Positions 52,461 to 61,571 of a DNA stretch of 64,000 nucleotides are shown here, one piece after another. The notes beneath the pieces were generated by a model that saw only the letters and a list, made by a program, of their open reading frames with translations, had not been told where the DNA came from and ran no database searches. The DNA lies in contig DATFAZ010000153.1 of assembly GCA_035254105.1 (NCBI GenBank), positions 11,511-75,510 on the forward strand, in the 5' to 3' direction. This DNA is from Noviherbaspirillum sp. GTDB lineage: Bacteria > Pseudomonadota > Gammaproteobacteria > Burkholderiales > Burkholderiaceae_D. Position 1 is the first letter of the stretch. Each line of letters opens with the position of its first letter. The translations under genes were made by a program, and so were the position numbers.

Positions 52461-54011
52461 ATGCTGTTTAATTCCTTCGCCTTCCTTTTTCTTTTTTTGC
52501 CGATCACCGCAGCGGTTTTTTTTGTATTGGCTAAAAAGAGTCAAGGACTTGCGGCGGGCTGGCTGGCAGCTGCCTCACTATTCTTCTATGGCTGGTGGAG
52601 TCTCCTTTACCTTCCATTACTGATCTGCTCGATTGTCTTTAATTATTGGTCCGGTTTACGGATCGCGCATGCGACCGGATCAGCAAGAAGGTATTGGCTG
52701 ATTTTTGCCATCATCATCGATCTGGGATTACTTGCCTATTTTAAATATGCAGACTTCTTCATTTCCACGATCAACGCGATTGCGCAATCAGACGTAGACG
52801 CACTCAATATTATTCTCCCAATCGGCATATCCTTTTTTACCTTCACGCAGATTGCGTTCTTGGTAGATACCTATCAGGAAAAAGTAAGAGAATATCGTTT
52901 CCTGCACTACTTATTGTTCGTCACCTACTTCCCACATCTTATCGCCGGGCCGGTATTGCATCACAAGGAAATGATGCCGCAGTTCGCAGAAGCTGCCACT
53001 TACAGGCTTTCATTAAAAAACCTGGCGATCGGTCTCTCTATCTTTGCCATTGGGTTAGCAAAGAAAGTGCTAATTGCAGACAACCTTGCGGGTCATGCAA
53101 ATTTTATGTTCGATCAAACAGAGGATCCGTCTCTGTTTATTGCCTGGGGTGGTGTACTTGCCTATAGCTTCCAGCTTTACTTCGATTTCTCCGGCTATTC
53201 GGATATGGCGATCGGACTATCGCGCATCTTCGGCATCAAATTGCCGCTGAATTTCAATTCTCCATACAAAGCGGCCAACGTAATCGAGTTCTGGCGGCGC
53301 TGGCATATGACGTTGTCACGCTTTTTGCGTGACTATTTGTATATAGCTTTGGGAGGAAACCGAAAAGGAATGGTACGGCGTTATTCCAATCTCATGGCTA
53401 CGATGGTCCTTGGCGGCCTTTGGCATGGCGCCTCCTGGAATTTTGTTCTTTGGGGTGCCCTCCATGGCGCTTATTTAATTTGGAATCATGCGTGGATTGC
53501 ATTGGCGAAGCGAGTCGGCTTTCCAACGTCAACGAAACTGTGGCATGCATTGAGCGTCGTGCTGACGTTCATATCAATCTGCTTTGCCTGGGTGTTCTTT
53601 CGAGCCACTGACATGGCTACAGCCCTCATTATCCTCAAGGGAATGATTGGCGGGTTCGGAAGCAGTCTTCCCGATTCGATAGGCAATCAATTGGGCCCAC
53701 TAAAACAACAGCTGGAAGATTGGGGTATCAGTTTCTATCTCGGCGGCGGAGCAAGGTTTGTTCAAACCTACGCCTGGGTTCTCCTGGCTGGCGCGATCGC
53801 CTTTTCCTTACCGAACACGCAACAACTAATGGGGCGTTTTGAACCGGCTTTGGATTATCGATTTAACGGAAGTACTGCATTCACTGGCTCTCACAAATTC
53901 GCCCTCGTTTGGCAACCGAATGCTCGCTGGGCTGCATGGATAGGAATACTGGCGGTGATAAGTTTGTTATCCATTAACCGTCCAACCGAGTTTCTGTACT
54001 TTCAGTTTTAA
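52461..54011 (+). CDS. MBOAT O-acyltransferase (AlgI/PatA/DltB type)
   Basis: MLFNS, LPIGISFFTF, FPHLIAGP, FDFSGYSDMAIG, FWRRWHMTLS, GLWHGA, FLYFQF C-terminus. Confidence 0.92.
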   Translation: MLFNSFAFLFLFLPITAAVFFVLAKKSQGLAAGWLAAASLFFYGWWSLLYLPLLICSIVFNYWSGLRIAHATGSARRYWLIFAIIIDLGLLAYFKYADFFISTINAIAQSDVDALNIILPIGISFFTFTQIAFLVDTYQEKVREYRFLHYLLFVTYFPHLIAGPVLHHKEMMPQFAEAATYRLSLKNLAIGLSIFAIGLAKKVLIADNLAGHANFMFDQTEDPSLFIAWGGVLAYSFQLYFDFSGYSDMAIGLSRIFGIKLPLNFNSPYKAANVIEFWRRWHMTLSRFLRDYLYIALGGNRKGMVRRYSNLMATMVLGGLWHGASWNFVLWGALHGAYLIWNHAWIALAKRVGFPTSTKLWHALSVVLTFISICFAWVFFRATDMATALIILKGMIGGFGSSLPDSIGNQLGPLKQQLEDWGISFYLGGGARFVQTYAWVLLAGAIAFSLPNTQQLMGRFEPALDYRFNGSTAFTGSHKFALVWQPNARWAAWIGILAVISLLSINRPTEFLYFQF

Positions 54012-54025
54012 GAGGCGGCCGCGAA

Positions 54026-55270
54026 ATGGAATCTGACAAATATTTTCTCCGCTTTCTTTCCTGGATTGCCGGAGTTGTTAGCGCCGGCGTTTTTCTTTCC
54101 CTCGCCTTGGTCGTAGCGATAGATCCGTACAGAATTTACGGCCTTCTGGACGTACCCGGCTTTAATCATGTCAAACCGCGCCCCGAGAGATTTCAGGAAC
54201 AAATCAAGCTCACTGGCGCGCGCATGCTAGATGCCAATGCGCTCATAATGGGGAACTCACGTGCAGAAATTGGATTCAATCCGGAATATCCGTTTTTTTC
54301 TGAACATGGTTTAGCGGCTTACAACCTCGCCGTTCCCGGAACAAAGATCCAGACGCCTGGACGACAATTGGATTACTTATACGGTGTCGGACATAAGCCA
54401 GCAGTCATAATTTTGGGGCTCGATTTTCTGGACTTCCTTGTCGATCCAGCTTCATCCACAATCGCATCCGCACCAGAAAAGACCCGGAATCAAGTCGATG
54501 AACTCAGGTGGCAATTCGACGCAGCATTTTCCTTAAGCTCTGTATCGGACGCCATCACGACTTTAGGCATTCAAAGGCGAGCTGACGCAAAAACCATTTC
54601 AGATAAAGGATTTAATCCCCTTCTCGAATACACGAAGTATGCGCGTGACGAAGGCTATTATTCCTTGTTCCAGCAACGCGCAGCCGAATACGCGAAATCG
54701 TTTTCGCGAATGCCTCGATCGCTCGTTAAAGCCGATAGCGGAAGCTCGCAGGAATTAAATGTACTGCGCAAGATTCTTGCAAAAGCTTCGGATCACCAGA
54801 CTGAACTGCATCTGATCATTTACCCGTATCACGCGCAAATGCTCGCCCTGTTCGAACAAGCGGGTTTATGGTCTGCGTTCGACCAATGGAAAATCATGCT
54901 CGTCCAAGAAGTGGCTGCGGCAAAGAGATTGAGGTCGAATGCGCGGATTACGGTATGGGACTTTAGTGGTTATTCGACAGTCCAATGCGAATCGATTCCC
55001 GGGAAGACAAACAAGGAACAAACCACTAAATGGTATTGGGAAGCTGGACATTTCAAGCAAGAACTCGGCAACTTGATGCTGGCCCGCATATTTGATGATG
55101 CGCCCGCCCAGCCGACAGGATTCGGTATCGTAGTTCCGCTTACATCGTCTACCCTGCAAGGAAATCGCAAGCGTATTGAACACGAACGCGCTTCATGCAT
55201 GAATGCACATCCGGAACTTTTTAATGACGCAGCAATGCTACTAAATGACGTGCGAAAGAGGCAGTCCTAA
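54026..55270 (+). CDS. Membrane-anchored MBOAT partner, putative SGNH-like acyltransferase
   Basis: N-terminal TM ending IDPY, GNSR, YNLAVPG, GLDF, WDFSGY, YWEAGHF; 14 bp downstream of the MBOAT gene. Confidence 0.6.
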   Translation: MESDKYFLRFLSWIAGVVSAGVFLSLALVVAIDPYRIYGLLDVPGFNHVKPRPERFQEQIKLTGARMLDANALIMGNSRAEIGFNPEYPFFSEHGLAAYNLAVPGTKIQTPGRQLDYLYGVGHKPAVIILGLDFLDFLVDPASSTIASAPEKTRNQVDELRWQFDAAFSLSSVSDAITTLGIQRRADAKTISDKGFNPLLEYTKYARDEGYYSLFQQRAAEYAKSFSRMPRSLVKADSGSSQELNVLRKILAKASDHQTELHLIIYPYHAQMLALFEQAGLWSAFDQWKIMLVQEVAAAKRLRSNARITVWDFSGYSTVQCESIPGKTNKEQTTKWYWEAGHFKQELGNLMLARIFDDAPAQPTGFGIVVPLTSSTLQGNRKRIEHERASCMNAHPELFNDAAMLLNDVRKRQS

Positions 55271-55377
55271 GTCTAGACAGGAAGTCATTTGGGCTAGGAA
55301 AATTTGCCCTTCAGGATTAATCGTTTCTGAAAAAGGACACTGGATCACCAGTGTCCCTCGACTCTTAAAATCAGAGA

Positions 55378-57690
55378 TTATTTCCTTGGTACGATCGCCC
55401 ACTGAGGCGCGGCAGTATAGTCCGGCTTTACCGATCTCTTCATGAAAAGATCCCATGCCGCTTGGCCATTCGGCGCCCCGGAGGTTGCGGCTACTGCCAA
55501 TGCAGGCTGCATATTAGACGGGTAGCCCATCGTCGTTCCGGCATAGCCGTCCATTTCCCCCGCAAGCCACGGACCGCGACTGACTTTATTATCCTTGTCG
55601 TATTGTGTCCGCCAATCGGCTAGCGCCTGGCTCCCGCAGGCTTGATCAAGATATTTGGCGCCGGTGCTATTGATCATCGGCGTTCCATCTTTCTTTCTCA
55701 TCGTTGCCAGATATGCCTCACCGAATGTCGCAAATAGCGGTGAAGTTGAGCTTGAGCGAACTGTCAGCGCATATGCCGCACCATCAATCCAGCAATAGCC
55801 TGGCGCAGTCATCCTGCCAATGGGGAATTGTGCCTTCCATGCAAGAAGGGGCTGCGCTTTGGAAAATCCCAGCTCAGCAAGATAGCCCACGCTCCAGGTA
55901 AAGAAGTCGTCCATCCATGGTGCCAGTCCCGTTTTGTCCCCTGAAGCCGTGGTGTAAGCAATCGGCGGAAACGCAAATTGCCCTGAACCGTCAATCGCGC
56001 CCAGTTTATTGGGATTGCCGTTGGTGTAAGTCGCGTTGTACCAATCCAGATTATGACCTACCCGATCCACGAAGTACTTCTTCAGAGGGTGACTGTCCGG
56101 CGTGATATATGCGGCGTGGCCGAGAGTTCTGAGTGACCATGCCTGGCCGCGAACTTGATCCCAGCGCATGATTCCCTTGTCGAATTCCCGGTAATACGGA
56201 TTCGCTTGGATCATGTTGTAGTTTGCCCAAAACTGCAATTCTTCCAGATAGTAGTTATCGCCGGTAACAAGATATGGAAGATATGCCATTGATGGTTGAT
56301 GGCTGGAGTCCGGCTGATAAATTGTCGTGCAATCGCCGCCACAAAGTGGAAATGCTTCGTTTATCTTGGTTGCGGGATTAACTGAATCACTACCACGGCC
56401 AAGCAACGTCATATATGGATAGGTCGCAAGGGACACGGGTTGATCCGTATTCTTGTCGCGGTAATGAATGGGCCAGCTTCCTGCCAAGTCGCCAACGCCA
56501 AGTGTAATGTTCTTGGCCCGGCTATCCATGCTGAGCAAATACATGGCTCCCCACTGCGGAAGCGGACCAATATCGGGACGGCCACCAGTTGTAGGCATGC
56601 CCGGCAGGACGATGCCCGATGCCATTGGGCTGGTATTTGCTGTCGACCATTTGCTGGCCAAGCTTGTCAGGCCAGCTTCGGAAACCACAACGCTTGTGTC
56701 GTAATTTGGTACGGCCTTCGAAGCGATCAGATAGTTTGTATTGTGCCGTACATGAACTTGTGGCTCACCTCCCCACCAGAATACTTTGCGCCAGCGCGCA
56801 TGATGAAAGTGCTTGAGCGCAGCTTGTGAATAGACAGCCTTGCCACCTACGAGAACTTGCGCATCATAGGTAAAGTTTTGTGGAGCCGGCTCATACGTCC
56901 AGTTATTTTCTATCGTGACATCGACCCGGGCCTTCTCCATTCCAGAGTATGCTCGGATTGCAAATCGAGCGGTCAGATGCGGATGCGAAATTCCATTCGC
57001 ATCTTTTAAAGGTGCGGATACTAACCATTCGTTGACAAGTGGACCGGACAGCCACGTCGTATATTTCCCGCTCTTTAGCAGCGCATCTGCCGATGCAGTA
57101 TAAACCTGCCCTCCGAGATTAACACTCACTCCTGCTGTGAATCCTGCATTAGTCAATGCCACTGGCGTGGAGGACAATTTTGCCGTTTCGCCGGAAGTTG
57201 ACTTTACTAATTGAATGGTCTGCGCCTGACTCGCGGCCAATGTCGGAGCAACCGCGGAAATCACCGCATGCCGAACCGAACCACCGGGATGCGTAGCTTT
57301 AACATCAATTTGGAGAGGAATAGTTGTGCCATCGCTCAGACGTCCAACAAGTGAATCCGTTGGCAATACCGTCCCTTCTTTAAACACTTGACCAAAGGTC
57401 ACCGGCACGTTGCTTTGCTCTGCGGAGGCAGTGTTCTCGATCTTGATGCTTGTGACGATGCTGCTATCTGTACAAGCAGTCGAACCGGACGATGTGGAAG
57501 AAGTAGTTGCCGTTGAGGCCAAATTCGTTGAAGTGCCTGACGTCTCCAGATAACTTGCTTGCTGTCCTTGAACTGCACTTGTCGCAGTATTCACGCTGGA
57601 GCCACCGCCACACGCGGTCAGCAACGCTGTCGCCAGACTTGAAAATACCAACGTAGTGCTAGCCGGCCGGCTAACGGCAACTTTCTGCAT
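55378..57690 (-). CDS. 770-aa lipoprotein of unknown function, possible polysaccharide lyase
   Basis: Long ORF; lipobox LTAC, Ser/Thr-rich linker, VPVTFGQVF beta-rich domain, Trp/Tyr-rich C-terminal domain (HQPS, PYLVTGD.YYLEEL, QVRGQAWSLR); function is inference. Confidence 0.7.
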   Translation of the reverse strand: MQKVAVSRPASTTLVFSSLATALLTACGGGSSVNTATSAVQGQQASYLETSGTSTNLASTATTSSTSSGSTACTDSSIVTSIKIENTASAEQSNVPVTFGQVFKEGTVLPTDSLVGRLSDGTTIPLQIDVKATHPGGSVRHAVISAVAPTLAASQAQTIQLVKSTSGETAKLSSTPVALTNAGFTAGVSVNLGGQVYTASADALLKSGKYTTWLSGPLVNEWLVSAPLKDANGISHPHLTARFAIRAYSGMEKARVDVTIENNWTYEPAPQNFTYDAQVLVGGKAVYSQAALKHFHHARWRKVFWWGGEPQVHVRHNTNYLIASKAVPNYDTSVVVSEAGLTSLASKWSTANTSPMASGIVLPGMPTTGGRPDIGPLPQWGAMYLLSMDSRAKNITLGVGDLAGSWPIHYRDKNTDQPVSLATYPYMTLLGRGSDSVNPATKINEAFPLCGGDCTTIYQPDSSHQPSMAYLPYLVTGDNYYLEELQFWANYNMIQANPYYREFDKGIMRWDQVRGQAWSLRTLGHAAYITPDSHPLKKYFVDRVGHNLDWYNATYTNGNPNKLGAIDGSGQFAFPPIAYTTASGDKTGLAPWMDDFFTWSVGYLAELGFSKAQPLLAWKAQFPIGRMTAPGYCWIDGAAYALTVRSSSTSPLFATFGEAYLATMRKKDGTPMINSTGAKYLDQACGSQALADWRTQYDKDNKVSRGPWLAGEMDGYAGTTMGYPSNMQPALAVAATSGAPNGQAAWDLFMKRSVKPDYTAAPQWAIVPRK

Positions 57691-58450
57691 CAGAACTTCT
57701 CCCGGGATAAATTTTTAATAAGCATCACGCTTAAGATTCCAGTCCGATCAGAGATTGCTTCAGTGGAATAGTTCCGTGGAAATTTTTCTAGTTACAAATT
57801 TTCTCTTATCGACAGAATCACTCTTTGACGTTACTTATTCCAGCCGGAAAGACCATAAGTAAATTCTTATCGAACACCTATTTTAGAAATATACAAAAAC
57901 TGGAAGAGCAGTACGCAGCATTACCGTCAAACAATGTTGCAATTTCTAAATGTTTTGTTTTTTATCAATATTTAACCAGGCAGGGCTCGCAAAATACTCC
58001 CAGCTTTTCACCGTCTCACCAAAACAATATTCACGGCTTCTTTTCAGTATCTGCACATCGCTTTATGCGCAGCAAAAAGAAATGAAGAAGCGAGGGAGAA
58101 AACCTATGAGCACTTCAACACTGCATCGGAAATATCAAAAACCCGGTCGAGCATCTGTGCGGGCACTGCGCAATACCTTCTGGCCAACAGCCCCTGTATG
58201 AGCAGGTTTTAACGGGAGACTGGCAACCCCTTTCAAATAGAAAGAGGTTACCTCTCACACCTGATGCCAGCGAAAACATCTGCTTTTGTTGGGTAGGGAT
58301 CGGCAAACTATCGCAAGACGTTCAATACGAGCAGCAGCCGCACATTGCGTTCCTTTTCCTGTTCTTTGCACTTTGTTGGACGGCACATTCCTGTATTGCC
58401 TGCATGCTGAATTCATGGATTGCTGATTTGATAAACATACCGATTTACTT

Positions 58451-59611
58451 ATGCCGATGCCAGCACCTCAATCAAATACTCCGTACCACGTCCTCTGCGT
58501 CATTGGGGCGCGGCCGAACCTGATGAAAATGGCACCGATCATGGCTGCGCTCAGCGATATCGGTCCGGAACTAAGGGCAACGCTTGTGCATACCGGCCAG
58601 CATTACGACTCCGCCATGAATCATCAGTACTTCGATGCCCTTGGCATCCCTGCTCCAGATGCAAATCTCGGCGTCGGATCAGGTAGTCATGCGGTTCAAA
58701 CCGCTGATGTAATGCGCCGGTTCGAGCCGGTACTGGATGAGCAGCGACCATCTGCAGTCCTCGTGGTTGGCGACGTCAATTCGACCATTGCCTGTGCCTT
58801 GGTCGCCGCAAAAAAAGGAATTCCGGTGATTCATGTCGAAGCCGGCCTGCGTAGCTTCGACCGCGCGATGCCCGAGGAGATCAATCGAGTGCTTACTGAT
58901 CAGATCTCGGATCTGCTCTTCACCACCGAGAAGAGTGGAAGAGACAACTTGGTACGCGAAGGAATAGATGAAGCCCGCATTCATTTTGCCGGTAATGTCA
59001 TGATTGACACCTTGCGCCGCAATCTCGAAAAAGCGGTCTGCGTCACCGAGATCGTAAAGCAAGCCGATCGCGAAAACTTTTCGGCAGGAAGTGCCGGATA
59101 TGGCGTATTCACTTTGCACCGCCCCTCCAATGTAGATAATCCCAAAGTATTACGTGACCTGCTTGAAACGATTGCACAAATCAGCTCCACATTGCCGCTG
59201 ATATTTCCAATACATCCTCGTACGCGAGCCATGGTAGAAAAATCGGGACTCGCAGGATTACTGGACACTTCCCGGATACTGTCCCTCCCTCCGCTTGGCT
59301 ATCTCGAAATGCTTGGCCTCATGAAGGACGCACGTGTTGTTCTCACTGACTCGGGCGGCATCCAGGAGGAGACAACTGCATTAGGCATACCGTGCATCAC
59401 GCTCAGGAACAATACCGAACGGCCGATTACCGTGGACGAAGGAACAAACACCCTTGCCGGCCAGGATCCGGAACGAATCCTTGCGATCTTCAACGACGTT
59501 ATGCATAACGGTGGGAAGGCAGGACGAATACCGGAGCTATGGGACGGAAAGGCAGCGACAAGAATTGCAAAAACGATCCTCGCATCCATGAAAAGCGGCG
59601 CCATCCACTAA
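58451..59611 (+). CDS. wecB: UDP-N-acetylglucosamine 2-epimerase (non-hydrolysing)
   Basis: GARPNLMK, HTGQHYD, VGDVNST, HVEAGLRS, PEEINR, TDSGGIQEE, TERP. Confidence 0.93.
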   Translation: MPMPAPQSNTPYHVLCVIGARPNLMKMAPIMAALSDIGPELRATLVHTGQHYDSAMNHQYFDALGIPAPDANLGVGSGSHAVQTADVMRRFEPVLDEQRPSAVLVVGDVNSTIACALVAAKKGIPVIHVEAGLRSFDRAMPEEINRVLTDQISDLLFTTEKSGRDNLVREGIDEARIHFAGNVMIDTLRRNLEKAVCVTEIVKQADRENFSAGSAGYGVFTLHRPSNVDNPKVLRDLLETIAQISSTLPLIFPIHPRTRAMVEKSGLAGLLDTSRILSLPPLGYLEMLGLMKDARVVLTDSGGIQEETTALGIPCITLRNNTERPITVDEGTNTLAGQDPERILAIFNDVMHNGGKAGRIPELWDGKAATRIAKTILASMKSGAIH

Positions 59612-59640
59612 CCCCGCTTCATCGAAGACGAGAGAGAAAG

Positions 59641-60489
59641 ATGCTGCCTGCACCAATACGTAATGCGATGACAATCGACGTGGAAGATTACTTTCAGGTC
59701 TCCGCGCTGGCGCCCTATATTCCTCGCGACAGCTGGACATCCATAGGCTGTCGAGTGGAGGCAAATGTTGATCGCATCCTTGCGTTGCTGGAAGAGGAAT
59801 CGATTAAAGCCACTTTTTTTACCCTTGGCTGGATTGCAGAGCGTTATCCCGCAATGATCAGGCGCATTGTCACCAGCGGGCATGAGCTTGCCAGCCACGG
59901 CTATGCCCACTTGCGCGTCTCCGAGCAGAGTGCGGCACAGTTCGAAGAAGACATATGCAAAAGCAAGTCACTACTGGAAGACATTGGTAGTCAGCGGGTA
60001 CTTGGGTACCGGGCGCCCAGTTTTTCTATTGGAAGCAACAATCTCTGGGCACTCGACCTGCTGCGCCGAGCCGGCTACCGCTACAGCTCCAGCATCTACC
60101 CGATACAGCACGACCATTATGGTATGCCGACTGCTCCACGCTTCGCGTTTTACCCCAATGGTGAAGACGGGCTTCTGGAGCTGCCGCTGACAACGGTAAG
60201 GCTTCTTAAAAAGAACCTGCCTTCCAGCGGCGGGGGATATTTCCGTTTTTTCCCTTATCCGGTTTCACGTTGGCTGCTGAGGCAGGTAAATCATAAAGAC
60301 AAGCAGCCAGGGATTTTCTATTTTCATCCATGGGAACTAGACCCGGAGCAGCCACGAGTGAAAAACATCGACATGAAAACGCGCTTCCGCCATTACGTGA
60401 ATCTTAACCGCATGGAGTTACGCATCAAGGCTCTTGCACGCGACTTCCAATGGGGACGCATGGACGAAATTTTTTTGGTGAAAAATTGA
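59641..60489 (+). CDS. Polysaccharide deacetylase, XrtA system
   Basis: NAMTIDVEDYFQV, ATFF, HELASHGYAH, GYRAPSFS, GGGYFR, YFHPWELD. Confidence 0.92.
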   Translation: MLPAPIRNAMTIDVEDYFQVSALAPYIPRDSWTSIGCRVEANVDRILALLEEESIKATFFTLGWIAERYPAMIRRIVTSGHELASHGYAHLRVSEQSAAQFEEDICKSKSLLEDIGSQRVLGYRAPSFSIGSNNLWALDLLRRAGYRYSSSIYPIQHDHYGMPTAPRFAFYPNGEDGLLELPLTTVRLLKKNLPSSGGGYFRFFPYPVSRWLLRQVNHKDKQPGIFYFHPWELDPEQPRVKNIDMKTRFRHYVNLNRMELRIKALARDFQWGRMDEIFLVKN

Positions 60490-61568
60490 GCGCAATACTC
60501 GAAACAAGGCCATTTTTTGTGGCTTCCCCATCTATCGATACGACACCATCCATACACACGCTTCAGCCTGGTGATGAATCGCGATGGGACGCATTTGTCA
60601 TGAAATGCGAAGAAGCCACTTTCTTCCATCGCGCTGGGTGGAAGAAAGTAATCGAACAGGCATTCGGCCACAGGACATGGTTCCTTTATGCGGAATCCGG
60701 CGGAAAAATCGAGGGAGTCTTACCGCTTGCTGAAATCAAAAGCACGCTTTTCGGGCACTCTCTGATCTCCTTGCCGTTCTGTGTTTATGGCGGCATTGCT
60801 GCTTCCACTGAAGAAGCGAGAGAAGCACTTAACCAGGAAGCACAAAAACTCGCATCCCAACTGAAGGTCGGGCATCTGGAATATAGAAACCTTCAGCTAC
60901 AACAGCCATCGTGGCACACAAAAGATCTCTATGTCACCTTCCGCAAGGAGATCTACAAGGAAGAAGAAGCGAACATGCTTGCGATTCCGCGCAAGCAACG
61001 CGCCATGGTAAGGAAAGGCATCAAGGCTGGGCTGGAAAGCGAAATTGATCAACATGTTGATCGGTTCTTTATCGCGTACTCCACCAGCGTGCACCGCCTC
61101 GGCACGCCAGTCTTTTCAAAGAATTACTTTCGCTTGCTCAAGCAAGCCTTCGCTGACGACTGCGAAGTCATGACGATCACAAAAGAAGGGAGGACGATCA
61201 GCAGCGTCCTGAGCTTTTACTTCCGTGACGAGGTCCTGCCTTACTATGGCGGCGGCGTGGCCGAGGCACGCGACGTCGCCGGCAATGATTTCATGTATTG
61301 GGAACTGATGCGACGCGCCTGCATACGGGGGTTTCGCATCTTCGATTTCGGGCGAAGCAAAACCGGAACCGGCGCCTATGACTTCAAAAAAAACTGGGGA
61401 TTCACTCCTCAACCGCTGCACTATGCGTACCAGCTGCATCGCGCTAAAGCAATACCAGACACAAACCCATTAAATCCCAAATACCAGTTATTCATCAAGC
61501 TGTGGCAGCGCATGCCGCTGTCGATGGCAAACATGATCGGTCCGCATATTGTCAAGAATCTTGGGTGA
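60486..61568 (+). CDS. FemAB-like (GNAT-fold) protein, XrtA system
   Basis: TTG start overlapping the deacetylase stop; ATFFHRAGW, SLPFCVYGG, IPRKQRAMVRKG, FDFGRSK, FKKNWG, NPKY. Confidence 0.88.
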   Translation: MSAILETRPFFVASPSIDTTPSIHTLQPGDESRWDAFVMKCEEATFFHRAGWKKVIEQAFGHRTWFLYAESGGKIEGVLPLAEIKSTLFGHSLISLPFCVYGGIAASTEEAREALNQEAQKLASQLKVGHLEYRNLQLQQPSWHTKDLYVTFRKEIYKEEEANMLAIPRKQRAMVRKGIKAGLESEIDQHVDRFFIAYSTSVHRLGTPVFSKNYFRLLKQAFADDCEVMTITKEGRTISSVLSFYFRDEVLPYYGGGVAEARDVAGNDFMYWELMRRACIRGFRIFDFGRSKTGTGAYDFKKNWGFTPQPLHYAYQLHRAKAIPDTNPLNPKYQLFIKLWQRMPLSMANMIGPHIVKNLG

Positions 61569-61571
61569 ACG

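Noticed and set aside
57825-58306. Short ORFs (63-86 aa) in the AT-rich gap
   Set aside because: Mutually overlapping, weak starts and no recognisable motifs
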